From: a virus
Direction: 5' to 3' (one strand)
Virus record (IMG/VR): IMGVR_UViG_3300009182_000039
Location: 1-64,000 of that record
DNA length: 64,000 nt
Positions 37,135 to 47,007 of this stretch are shown here, piece after piece. Both the position numbers and the translations under genes were made by a program. The notes under the pieces are model-generated. The model saw only the letters and a program-made list of their open reading frames with translations. It was not told the DNA's origin and did no database searches. Numbering within the stretch: position 1 is the stretch's first letter; every line of letters starts with the position of its first letter.

Positions 37135-38041
37135 TTAATTCTTCTTGTGAAAAAATATAACTCTTGTCTGAAACTACCCCACGAATATATTTTTTTCCAA
37201 ATTCTAGCATAAAGGGCTGTACCAACGATTTGGATTTATCTGGATGTTGCCCTTCGAACCCAACTAGCTTTTGTCGTAAATCTAAAGTGGGCCAATATTC
37301 TTGATGTACTTGACACTTTGTAGACTCATTAGATAGCTTACCAGAAATTTCATCATTTAATAATTGCCGAACAAAAGGCAAGTTAAAATATGATACCAGT
37401 AATTCTGGAGAATATTCATACCAATCAGTTATACATGGACGATTTATGGTTTTATGATATATAGCCCAGTGATGACATTTCTCGTCTAGTTCAAATACCC
37501 AAGGATATTTCTTACTCATATCACGACTTCTGCGTCTAATGTATGGATTGCCACTTCCTAAAATAGGTAGTCCATCACAGTACTCTGTTAATTTCATATG
37601 CGGTAGCCAACCAGATTCAGAAGCAAATACTTTTTGTTGTATATCGTATGCTTCATTTTCAAAAAACTTTTGCAAGTTAAAGTCTATAATCTTAGGAGTA
37701 ACATTTAGATCCTTACAAGTTTTGAGTGCGTGTGTATATTCTGGAAGATTATAATTATTTTCGTATTTAAAAATGTAAACATTAATCGGGACGCCGAGGT
37801 CTTTATAGACTCGTAAGATAATTTCACTATCTACTCCGCCAGAAAATAATAAATCAAGCGGTCCAGAAAATGTATCTCTGATAATCCTGCCATTTTCAAG
37901 TAATTCTTCGTAGTAACTTTTTACAGGACGATCAATCGTATTTTTGAGTATTATTTTGAATTCTGCCTTGGGGTGTAACTTAGGGCCGTATTCAGGACCA
38001 TTGTCATATGTCCACGAAAACCAATTATTTTTATAAAACAT
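37115..38041 (-). CDS. PP-loop protein (second subfamily)
   Basis: LFSGGVDSE, W..YSPE, K..GFE. Confidence 0.7.
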   Translation of the reverse strand: MFYKNNWFSWTYDNGPEYGPKLHPKAEFKIILKNTIDRPVKSYYEELLENGRIIRDTFSGPLDLLFSGGVDSEIILRVYKDLGVPINVYIFKYENNYNLPEYTHALKTCKDLNVTPKIIDFNLQKFFENEAYDIQQKVFASESGWLPHMKLTEYCDGLPILGSGNPYIRRRSRDMSKKYPWVFELDEKCHHWAIYHKTINRPCITDWYEYSPELLVSYFNLPFVRQLLNDEISGKLSNESTKCQVHQEYWPTLDLRQKLVGFEGQHPDKSKSLVQPFMLEFGKKYIRGVVSDKSYIFSQEELIKQIGS

Positions 38042-38609
38042 ATTTTTCCATATTCCTATTCCAGCACTCTTCGCCTTGATCTGTTAAATGATGTAGCATT
38101 ACCCATTGTTTCATACTATTTGGATCTTCTATATAAGCAGGACCATTTATAGCATACTTGTTAGGTTTCATTGTAAAAATAGTATTACAATTAACTTCAA
38201 TTAATTTTAAGTATTCTTCAAAGCCTGTTAAGTTATCTCCCCGACTAATAAACACACAATCTAACCCAATTAGCCTTGCTTTGGCTAACTGCAACGGTAA
38301 ACAATATGTAGTATTCAGGAATTTTGACCCACTAGTAAATTTTCCTGAATGTCTGTAGTCTGGATGAATCCACATTCTTGTACTAACTCTACCAATACCA
38401 GAGCCCCACCATTCGTTATTAATTTGTAACCCACTAAAGCATACAATTACATTGTTGATTATTACTACGGGAAATGAAACGTAATTACGAGGGTCTAGAT
38501 CGATGTAATTATATTTTAAATTATCCGTTGTTGTCATCACATATTGTTGAAATTGGTTCCAAAGTTTGCTATCAAAACTTGTGGCAAAGTCAACTATTTT
38601 TGTCATCAT
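38031..38609 (-). CDS. Hypothetical protein, possible GNAT-like fold
   Basis: RMWIHPDYR resembles GNAT motif A. Confidence 0.45.
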   Translation of the reverse strand: MMTKIVDFATSFDSKLWNQFQQYVMTTTDNLKYNYIDLDPRNYVSFPVVIINNVIVCFSGLQINNEWWGSGIGRVSTRMWIHPDYRHSGKFTSGSKFLNTTYCLPLQLAKARLIGLDCVFISRGDNLTGFEEYLKLIEVNCNTIFTMKPNKYAINGPAYIEDPNSMKQWVMLHHLTDQGEECWNRNMEKYVL

Positions 38610-38632
38610 CTCATATTTACTTAAATAGCAGC

Positions 38633-39451
38633 ATGCCTAAAACTAATTCTTTCCTTAACTATATCCTTTATCCTACTCACGCTATTGCTTGGTTGGGTAC
38701 AATCCTTTATTTGATATTTTTTGATTTTACTTGGGTCAATTTTTTACAAGTATTAATTGGATGGATTATAATCGAAGGATTGGGCGTTGCTGTTATACTA
38801 CACAGATATGTAAGCCACAGAGCCGTTGAATTACGCCCAGGATTAAAACCAATTTTACTTTGGATCAGCTGTTTGAGTTTACAAGGAAGTCCTTTGGGTT
38901 GGGCCGCTGTACATCGAGGAAGCCATCATAGATATTCTGATACTGAAAAAGATGCTCATGCTCCTAGTAAAGGAAAATGGTATGCTTGGCATAGTTGGTT
39001 ACATGACTGGGACAAATATTTCAATCCTAAATATGCCATCGACTTGATTAAAGATCCAATGCACATGTGGTTTGCTAAAAATTATAATTGGATTATATTA
39101 GTTACTTACACTATAGTCGGACTAATGTCATGGGAGTTACTATTATTTGGTTTTATGATACCAGCCGCCTTAAGTTTATATATGGAAAGTAATATCAATG
39201 TATTCTGTCATACGCCAGGCTATGGTTATAGAAACTTTGATACTAAAGATGATAGTCGTAATGTTCCGCTACTTGCTTGGATTACATGGGGACAGGGTTG
39301 GCATAACAATCATCATTCTAAAGCAAGCGCCTACGATTTTGGGACTAGTGTTAGCGGTAAGAAATCTGAATGGGATTTTAGTTTAATATTTTTACCATTA
39401 ATTGCTACTAAGGAAAGTAGAAAACAAATACTCGATGGACGCAAGGTTTAA
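38633..39451 (+). CDS. Membrane fatty-acid desaturase (delta-9-like)
   Basis: His boxes HRYVSH, HRGSHH, HNNHH; TM helices. Confidence 0.92.
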   Translation: MPKTNSFLNYILYPTHAIAWLGTILYLIFFDFTWVNFLQVLIGWIIIEGLGVAVILHRYVSHRAVELRPGLKPILLWISCLSLQGSPLGWAAVHRGSHHRYSDTEKDAHAPSKGKWYAWHSWLHDWDKYFNPKYAIDLIKDPMHMWFAKNYNWIILVTYTIVGLMSWELLLFGFMIPAALSLYMESNINVFCHTPGYGYRNFDTKDDSRNVPLLAWITWGQGWHNNHHSKASAYDFGTSVSGKKSEWDFSLIFLPLIATKESRKQILDGRKV

Positions 39452-40371
39452 TGAATTTTACCCATCAAAATCATCTAAAGTATTCTATAGGTGGCAGAGA
39501 ATATGGATATCGAGAAACTCCTACTGAAAAATTTGAAGTTATTTTAGGCGCTGTAGATCCAGATCAATATAGAACTAGTTCATTTTCAAATGAAATGCAC
39601 CGTACGGCGGATTTAGTACATAAAGATTTAGGAAATGATCTTGTATTGTTTTTATCAGGTGGCACAGATAGTGAACTTGTATTAAGAAGTTTTATACATA
39701 ACGGGGTTAAACCTCAGTGCGCGGTAGTGAGATTTGAAAATGACTATAATGCCTCTGAAGTTGAGGAAGCAAAAAGTGTAGCTGAAGAATTAGATGTAAA
39801 ATTAGAAATTTTAGATTTTAATGTAAAAGAATTTTATTATTCGGGCGAAGCTAAAGAATTTGGCGAGAGTGTACAAGGTACGCAAATAACTTATCTAACA
39901 ATATTTAAAAATATCTTAAAATTAGGTGCTCCAGCAGTCATGGGCGGCGAGGCTGGGCTTACAAGACAAGTTAATAAAACTGATAGTTTTTGGTATTATG
40001 CCTTTCGCGAAAACGAAGACGGTGGTGCTATGCGATTTTCTAACAAGTTTAATATCCCGCTAGTCAACGAATGGTTTTCTTATACACCAGAAATGTTGCT
40101 ATATTATTTAGAATGCGAGAGTGTTAAAAAGTTAGTAACAGAAAAATTTAATTATAAACTTACCGCGGCCTCAAGTAAAAATAAAATTTTAAAAGAATTG
40201 TTTGATAATTTTAGGCAAAAATTTAAAAGACACGGATTCGAAAAATTAATCGCTTTTAATAGTGTTGCTTATGCTGGCATTGGTATCGATCAAGTTCCTA
40301 GATTAGAGTCCAGTTTAGACGGTATACCCTATGATGTCGCAGTCAAACAATTAAAGGGGCTAGTAGAATGA
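39451..40371 (+). CDS. PP-loop protein (second subfamily paralogue)
   Basis: LSGGTDSE, WFSYTPE, K.HGFE. Confidence 0.7.
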   Translation: MNFTHQNHLKYSIGGREYGYRETPTEKFEVILGAVDPDQYRTSSFSNEMHRTADLVHKDLGNDLVLFLSGGTDSELVLRSFIHNGVKPQCAVVRFENDYNASEVEEAKSVAEELDVKLEILDFNVKEFYYSGEAKEFGESVQGTQITYLTIFKNILKLGAPAVMGGEAGLTRQVNKTDSFWYYAFRENEDGGAMRFSNKFNIPLVNEWFSYTPEMLLYYLECESVKKLVTEKFNYKLTAASSKNKILKELFDNFRQKFKRHGFEKLIAFNSVAYAGIGIDQVPRLESSLDGIPYDVAVKQLKGLVE

Positions 40372-40967
40372 AACTTATAGAATTAAACGAAACGCATAAA
40401 GATGCTATCTTACATTTGTTTTATACTAAAAACTATATGGGGGCAGATTTTCAAACTTATTTTGGGACCGGTGATCCCAACGATGGCGTTGAAAAAATTT
40501 ATCATGCTGCTTTTTCAAATACCTATCTTACAGGATTAAAACAATATAAAGCATTAGGATTACAAGACGAAAATGGCGACATTCAAGGATTAATAGCATT
40601 TTATATTAGTTCAACAGAACCTTGTTGGTATGGTACTATGATTCGATCAGCTAAAAATAAAGATCATGTCAGATTATTATTAGATGCGGCTATAAATTTT
40701 CATGAACACGAGGGACGATATAAGTTTTACACATTGTGGTCAGTCAAACATGCTAAATTATTAAGAAGATTTGCGTTTAGTAACGATGCTAATAATCGAT
40801 ACGATTATTTTGACGAATGTATAGTCCCAACTAAAACTAGATGTATCTATCAAAATTTTTGGACTATCTTGTTTAATCGTGTATTGTTGCCTACCGATAC
40901 TGTTGTACGTTGTACCTATCTTAAAAAGGAACATAGACCGAACACGCCGATTGGAGGTAATTTATGA
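40368..40967 (+). CDS. Hypothetical protein (possibly GNAT-like)
   Basis: ATGA-coupled ORF. Confidence 0.55.
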   Translation: MKLIELNETHKDAILHLFYTKNYMGADFQTYFGTGDPNDGVEKIYHAAFSNTYLTGLKQYKALGLQDENGDIQGLIAFYISSTEPCWYGTMIRSAKNKDHVRLLLDAAINFHEHEGRYKFYTLWSVKHAKLLRRFAFSNDANNRYDYFDECIVPTKTRCIYQNFWTILFNRVLLPTDTVVRCTYLKKEHRPNTPIGGNL

Positions 40968-41572
40968 ATTGTTTAGTTAGTTCATTTAAATTATTTCAAG
41001 AAGATTTAAATAGTTTTATAATAGACACAAATGTCGAATTAGGCGATGATCTACGAAAGTATTTTAAAGATTCTGAAAACAATTACTTATGGAAAATTAG
41101 TACGCATAGACAAACTGTTACACAGGCATTAAGATTTACCGAATCAATACATTTGAGACATTTAAAAGATTTGCCACCAAAATCAAATACACTACAAGCT
41201 AATCAACACATGAATGTAGTTCAGTCGAACATCGCTAATTTCCCTATATTTAAAAAATCCATCGAATGGGTTGAATTGGCACTAAAATCTAAAGGGGCAA
41301 AAAATGTTGAATTTGGTAGAATTTTTGTAAGCAAACTAGCAGCTAATTCTAAAGTTGATCCACACACAGACAGTGGTAAATATTTTTCTTACTACGACCG
41401 ATTTCATTTTACAGTTACTGCCGCAAAAGAAAATATCTTTTCAATCAGAGATGAGAATTGTATTTTAGAAATGGATTCTTTATACTGGGTTAATAATCAT
41501 GTGCCGCATTGGCTAGAAAATAGAAGTGACGAAGATAGGATTAACTTTATTATAGATGCAAGATTATCATGA
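40964..41572 (+). CDS. Asp/Asn beta-hydroxylase-like Fe/2OG oxygenase
   Basis: PHTD...RFH...PHWLEN...RI. Confidence 0.78.
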   Translation: MNCLVSSFKLFQEDLNSFIIDTNVELGDDLRKYFKDSENNYLWKISTHRQTVTQALRFTESIHLRHLKDLPPKSNTLQANQHMNVVQSNIANFPIFKKSIEWVELALKSKGAKNVEFGRIFVSKLAANSKVDPHTDSGKYFSYYDRFHFTVTAAKENIFSIRDENCILEMDSLYWVNNHVPHWLENRSDEDRINFIIDARLS

Positions 41573-42450
41573 ATATTACAAACATAAAAAACAACTGGGG
41601 TTCAGTAGTTGAGTTAGATTCGCCCGGCGAATTTTTTAGTTATAGCGCAGATTACTGGCGCAAGTTAGCTTACGAACGCGAAGTAATTTTTTTTAAAAAA
41701 GTTAAATTTACAAAAGAACAATATTCAGAATTTAGTTTTTATTTTGGATCGCCTTGGAAGGGCGAAGACTATGTTTATTCTAGAGAGATTGTAGAAAAAG
41801 TAAAAACTAAAAACGGCGATCAAGTTATAAGTCCATTTAGTAATACCCTTATTAAGAGAATAGCCCCTAAACACATGCCATGGCATGCTGATATCCCTAA
41901 CAGAGATTATAAACCGTATCCATTTAGAAGTTTATGGATTACTGATAATCCTAATCCAGAAAAATCAGGAAAAACTAGTTGGCTTAATTTAGAAGATGCG
42001 TATGATTATCTTACACCTGAAATGTTAGATTTAGTTAATCGGGTGACCGTAGTACAGCAAAGCTGGTATGAGCCGGGGGCCGACATTAAAGAATTTCCTT
42101 TGTTAAAAATACATCCTATTACTGGTAAAAAATCATTAAGATTAAATCATTACAATTGGGGCAGTAACAAAGTTGCTTGGATTATTGATGTTAAAATTGA
42201 CGGTGTATCGCAAGGGCATTGTTTTTTAATTAGACAATGGATTAATTTTTTAGAAAATATTCCTGAGCTAATATATGAACATCAATGGGATCTATATGAT
42301 ATTTCAATTTATGATAATTACCCGTTTATACACTCGAGAAGTGCATTGAAACTCGATTCCAATGCCGCAACTAGACATTTTTACAGAATTAACATTGATC
42401 ATTTAGACGAACAAGAGTGGATTGAACACAAAAACAAATATTTTTTATGA
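41569..42450 (+). CDS. TauD/TfdA-family dioxygenase
   Basis: WHAD, HPITG.KSL, W...D..I.DN...HSR. Confidence 0.85.
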   Translation: MNITNIKNNWGSVVELDSPGEFFSYSADYWRKLAYEREVIFFKKVKFTKEQYSEFSFYFGSPWKGEDYVYSREIVEKVKTKNGDQVISPFSNTLIKRIAPKHMPWHADIPNRDYKPYPFRSLWITDNPNPEKSGKTSWLNLEDAYDYLTPEMLDLVNRVTVVQQSWYEPGADIKEFPLLKIHPITGKKSLRLNHYNWGSNKVAWIIDVKIDGVSQGHCFLIRQWINFLENIPELIYEHQWDLYDISIYDNYPFIHSRSALKLDSNAATRHFYRINIDHLDEQEWIEHKNKYFL

Positions 42451-43049
42451 CAACACTAGTTATTCCTAAAAGAAATTACGGCGGTCGCGATGATCAAAAA
42501 TTTCATCCACTAATTAGTCCCGACGACGATAACAACGGGTGGACTGTAAGATATCTATGGATCCAACATCGACATAACAACGATGCGTTTTATGAAAATT
42601 ACTTCGACCCAACAAAAAAACAAACTGGCATGAATGTAAGGAAACAAACTGTTGCGTTACAAAAAGACTGGACCGCTCATAATCAAATCTTCCACGATTC
42701 ACACAAAAACGGAAATTTAGTATGGCGTCTTAAGGTAGGCAATCCTATTAGTCGTAGTATAGATTATATTGAAATCTGGCGCAATGCTGATATTATAACT
42801 CAATATTTTTCGCCGCAACCTATTACACAAATTAATGAAAATATTAGTTGGCCGAAAGAAGATAGACTTAACTTTAACAAAGAATTATATGATGCTGGGT
42901 TTGATATAAGATCTTGGGTGCCGTATCGCAATATATCAAAGTTACACGCTATGAAAACTTATAAAAAATTTATAGACCTATATGAAAGCGGTTCTGGTAA
43001 TATTATTTTTAACTCTTGGTGGAAGCGAGAGCTTAATCCTTACCAATAA
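42447..43049 (+). CDS. Hypothetical protein
   Basis: 200 aa coupled ORF. Confidence 0.7.
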   Translation: MTTLVIPKRNYGGRDDQKFHPLISPDDDNNGWTVRYLWIQHRHNNDAFYENYFDPTKKQTGMNVRKQTVALQKDWTAHNQIFHDSHKNGNLVWRLKVGNPISRSIDYIEIWRNADIITQYFSPQPITQINENISWPKEDRLNFNKELYDAGFDIRSWVPYRNISKLHAMKTYKKFIDLYESGSGNIIFNSWWKRELNPYQ

Positions 43050-43797
43050 GTTTTGCTTTTATTTCTGGTTTAAATTTGCCGTCAATTCTAATAGAAAAAC
43101 TAAAATGATCAACTGGGTCAGTGCCGTGATAATCCATTTCATTCCACCATACAAACTTTTTAGTAGGATCAGGATAAACTTTTTCTAGTGTTTCACCGTC
43201 CATTACATATATACCCTTAGAATTTGGTTTTGTTGAAAGCCATATAAAATCATCGTTGGGTTTTTCAGCTCGTTGTTCATCGTTAGCGACATCATAATGC
43301 GGAACTGTTTGATTGTTGGCCTCTGTCATAAAAAACATTACACGACCTATACCTTCAAATGGCATTGATTCAATAAGTTTCACTAATGATGGAAATAATG
43401 TAGCAGTTGGAGTCCAAAAACAATCTTCAGGAGTAGCTTTGTTATATACTCCTGTTTTTTCAACTCTTTTATTCCATCTTAAAAATATAACCCAAAACGG
43501 GTGCGGGGTATGAGTTAATGCGTTAAGGAATTTTATTTTTTCATCTGTTGAATTTAATGAAACAAAAATTTTCAATTGTTCTTCAGTTAATCTATTTTTT
43601 AAATCCATGAATGTTGTGGTTATTTCTTTTTCCGCCCAATTTTTGTGGACGCCACTAGATACAAATTTTTTATTCCATTCGGCTTTAGCAATACCTAAGG
43701 ATACTTCGTTGTGAAGTTTTTCCCAGTCTGGTGCCTCTATATATTCATCTAAATATTTAAAAGGAGTTTGGATCGAATCTAATCCGATTATTGCCAT
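43033..43797 (-). CDS. Fe(II)/2OG-type oxygenase-like protein
   Basis: GRV.F...PHYD...DYHG...SIRIDG. Confidence 0.6.
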   Translation of the reverse strand: MAIIGLDSIQTPFKYLDEYIEAPDWEKLHNEVSLGIAKAEWNKKFVSSGVHKNWAEKEITTTFMDLKNRLTEEQLKIFVSLNSTDEKIKFLNALTHTPHPFWVIFLRWNKRVEKTGVYNKATPEDCFWTPTATLFPSLVKLIESMPFEGIGRVMFFMTEANNQTVPHYDVANDEQRAEKPNDDFIWLSTKPNSKGIYVMDGETLEKVYPDPTKKFVWWNEMDYHGTDPVDHFSFSIRIDGKFKPEIKAKLIGKD

Positions 43798-43824
43798 CGT
43801 GAAGTGCCTTTATTTGTACAGTAA

Positions 43825-43842
43825 TATTTATACCTATAAATA
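43825..43842. promoter_or_regulatory. Back-to-back T4-late-type TATAAATA promoters
   Basis: TATTTATA (43825-43832) and TATAAATA (43835-43842) between divergent genes. Confidence 0.7.
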
Positions 43843-43858
43843 TGACAAAGAGAAAAAC

Positions 43859-44911
43859 ATGGACTTTACACCTGGAAAACCAATCAGAACTTATGACGAA
43901 AATGGATCATGGAGAGATTGGAGTACCGACGAATTAGTTGGCGCTAAATTAAATTATTTGCCAGGATGGAAGTGTGGTGCTGGTGTCGATAGTCTGTATA
44001 TCGACATGGACGGTGGTGTGTGGACTGCTAGTTGTCGGGTAGGCGGCAAATTAGGCAATGTATGGGAAAAATTTAAAAGTCCTGAAGATTGGATTAACTG
44101 TACAAGAAATGTCTGTAGCTGCGGAGCTGACCTTTTTATTCCCAAAGTAAGTAAAATAGAATTTAAAAATTTACTTCGCAAAGGTCAAAATTTATCTCCC
44201 CAGAATGATTTGCGTGACAACGAGCAAACAGAGTTTATTGCGTTGGAAAGGACCCACGCTAGTACACAAAAACAAGTTTATTGGGAAATTGGTCGTAGAT
44301 GTAACTACGACTGCGGCTATTGTTGGCCTTGGATACATAATAACACAGATCCACATAAAACATTAGAAGAACTAATGAAAGCTACACATAATATTGAAGA
44401 AAATTTTACACAAGGTGAAAGTGTAAACTTTATTATTAGTGGCGGTGAGCCTACTGTAAACAAACACTTTTTAGAGTGGTTGCGTTACTTGAATAGTTGC
44501 GGGCATCATGTTAGTTTACATAGTAATGGTTCTAGACTGCCTGAATATTACAAAGAAATTATTCATTTTGGAGATTTAAATTTAAGCGTACACTTTGAAT
44601 TTTACGACAAGGAAAAATTTTTAAAAGTAGTAGAAGCTGTTACTGCTGAAAAAGTTGCTAATAAAAACCGAGGAGTTGGGCATCTAGAAATTAAGTTTAT
44701 GATGCCTCCGCATAATCGTGAAGAAGCATTAGAATTAGAAGCAGAACTTAAAAATATTCCTGAATTTATCAACTACTGTACTTGGGCTATCGTGCCTATT
44801 CGTGGTAGTTTAGATAATAATAAGATTACTGATATGACTCGTGGTGCTGGCAGCGAAATTATGACGGGATATACTAAAGAAGATTATTTGTTATTTGGCG
44901 ACCGTAAGTAA
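43859..44911 (+). CDS. Radical SAM enzyme with N-terminal SPASM/Twitch-like domain
   Basis: CNYDCGYC, GGEPT; N-terminal C.AG...C...C....C.C. Confidence 0.85.
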   Translation: MDFTPGKPIRTYDENGSWRDWSTDELVGAKLNYLPGWKCGAGVDSLYIDMDGGVWTASCRVGGKLGNVWEKFKSPEDWINCTRNVCSCGADLFIPKVSKIEFKNLLRKGQNLSPQNDLRDNEQTEFIALERTHASTQKQVYWEIGRRCNYDCGYCWPWIHNNTDPHKTLEELMKATHNIEENFTQGESVNFIISGGEPTVNKHFLEWLRYLNSCGHHVSLHSNGSRLPEYYKEIIHFGDLNLSVHFEFYDKEKFLKVVEAVTAEKVANKNRGVGHLEIKFMMPPHNREEALELEAELKNIPEFINYCTWAIVPIRGSLDNNKITDMTRGAGSEIMTGYTKEDYLLFGDRK

Positions 44912-46282
44912 TTTACATTCGTTATAAAAATCAACCATTTCAGGAAATGTAGCAGCAAAATTTAAATTTCTTCTTGCTGTAAGTTTATCAATATTTTCCG
45001 CAAACTCTTTCTTAGCTTGATCATTTTTATCAGGATTTAGAATACCATTTTTAATTGTTTTAAGAAATTCTACATAAGCTGGCCATGGTCCGTATGGCGA
45101 ATATTTAGAATGATCGTTAATTGCGACCATTTCTTTCTTTAATATTTCGATGCTTTCATCAATGTATCTGGCATACTCGGGCGGCAAGATATAAGGATCT
45201 AACCATTGCGGATAAACAATTTGGTTGGGTCTAAGATGAACCCTGCGTCCTGTCTTTTTCTGTAGTTCAATGACAAATTTAAAAAAGTTAGGTAAATCAC
45301 TAATACACAATGCGTTTAACGCTATTTGAAAATTAAAAATAACTCTAAATTGTGCTGGGTCGTGTTCTTGTAAAAATACTAAAAACTTATCTATGTTAGC
45401 TGTCATTAATTGCCAATCGGTGCCGGTCCTAATAAATTCAGCACGATCGCCAATTGCTTCACAACTAACATTAAAATCTAATTTCAATTGCTTTGAACTT
45501 GCAATCTTCTTGACTGTATCTAGAAATCTATTGTAAAATTTAATTGGCGTATTAAAATTACTTACAATGCTTATGTTACGCCAATAGTCGGTTGTATTTG
45601 TGTTATAAAAATCTATTATTCTGTTGCTATACAAATAAAATTTTTCAATAATTAGTGGTTCACCACCGATAAAGTTAATTGCCGATGCGGTTGGCCCGGC
45701 ACTATTGTCAAACCATGCCCACCATAAATCTTCATAAACAGTATCTGTAATTTTTGGAAGCTCGCGTTCAACGTCTTGTATACGAATTTCGCCATATTTT
45801 AAATTTTCGGCTGCCCATTGACTACTATAATGATGATGGCAGTACATACATTTTAAATCACATGTATTACCTAAAGAAATTTCTATCATCCTAACAGATT
45901 CTAAATTTACGAGAGTGTCTATTTCTTCAGGGGTAAGAGATTTTAATTTTTCTTTTAACTGTTCTTTAGATAAGCCAGGCCATACTTGATTTTTATTTAC
46001 AAAATTAACAAAACTATCCATTCGCGACCGTGGACCACGACCGCCGCTTGCTTCAATACTCCAACAAGAATTGCAATCCTTATGTTGTACTCCTGTAAGT
46101 AAACTACGTCTAACATCTACTATTGGAATAAATTTATTGAATAATTCTATCCCTGTTTTAAAATCTTCTTCTGCTAATGTATTCGATCTGGCTCTACAAC
46201 AATACCGTAACTCGTTTCGAGATAGATTTAATACAGGATAGTCCCAAGCAAAAATACAAATAGTATCTTCAATATTATTCAT
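44891..46282 (-). CDS. Radical SAM enzyme with N-terminal Cys-rich (twitch-type) domain
   Basis: C...W...CC...C..C..E; CDLKCMYC....SS.W; GGEPL. Confidence 0.85.
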   Translation of the reverse strand: MNNIEDTICIFAWDYPVLNLSRNELRYCCRARSNTLAEEDFKTGIELFNKFIPIVDVRRSLLTGVQHKDCNSCWSIEASGGRGPRSRMDSFVNFVNKNQVWPGLSKEQLKEKLKSLTPEEIDTLVNLESVRMIEISLGNTCDLKCMYCHHHYSSQWAAENLKYGEIRIQDVERELPKITDTVYEDLWWAWFDNSAGPTASAINFIGGEPLIIEKFYLYSNRIIDFYNTNTTDYWRNISIVSNFNTPIKFYNRFLDTVKKIASSKQLKLDFNVSCEAIGDRAEFIRTGTDWQLMTANIDKFLVFLQEHDPAQFRVIFNFQIALNALCISDLPNFFKFVIELQKKTGRRVHLRPNQIVYPQWLDPYILPPEYARYIDESIEILKKEMVAINDHSKYSPYGPWPAYVEFLKTIKNGILNPDKNDQAKKEFAENIDKLTARRNLNFAATFPEMVDFYNECKLLTVAK

Positions 46283-47007
46283 TGTGTTAATTTTGTTATA
46301 AAATTCTTTACTTCTTCGGCATTAATTATAAATTGATAAGTATCAACTGGAAGCTGTTTCTGTACCGTTACATCTAGAATACTTATAGGCATCTGTAATA
46401 TCTTAGACAAATCTTCTATTGCTGTTTCATAATGAATCACTGGTAAATTTGTTAAATTAAATATTCTTAATATACCGTCAAATCCTTTCAAATTCATGTA
46501 CGCCCAATAAATTGTTCTGAATCCCTCTCCATCGATCATCACCGAAGAATTTAGTATACCGTTTCCGTAAAAACTATTCCAATTGTGTGTTTTATGTGCT
46601 ACAGCATGACTTAATAGTTGTTTTTTTATATCATTTCGTTTAAGTATCATAAATTCAAAACCACAATCATGTAATACTTTTAATATTTTATCTAAATGGG
46701 GTAACAAATAATCGTAAGGAAATAATTTAACTACAAGAGGTTGTTCTGGATCACCTTCCATAAGAACAGATATTACATTGTTTATACGATCAGTTAACAA
46801 CAGATTTCCGTCTACCTGCTCAGAGTGTTGTATGGCTTTATCATTAGTTAATATGGGTTTGTAAGGTTGATTCTCAGTAAATGGTTCAAGCATATCATAA
46901 ACATGACAGTTTACATATTGTTTAATTGTTCCTGCAATAATTTGTGCTACGTATTGACTGCCAGACCGAGGGGTTCCTATAATACACCATCGATTATTCA
47001 TCAACAA
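46279..47007 (-). CDS. Sulfotransferase-like P-loop protein
   Basis: TPRSGS, L.R.D...Q.LS, YE. Confidence 0.6.
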   Translation of the reverse strand: MLMNNRWCIIGTPRSGSQYVAQIIAGTIKQYVNCHVYDMLEPFTENQPYKPILTNDKAIQHSEQVDGNLLLTDRINNVISVLMEGDPEQPLVVKLFPYDYLLPHLDKILKVLHDCGFEFMILKRNDIKKQLLSHAVAHKTHNWNSFYGNGILNSSVMIDGEGFRTIYWAYMNLKGFDGILRIFNLTNLPVIHYETAIEDLSKILQMPISILDVTVQKQLPVDTYQFIINAEEVKNFITKLTQ

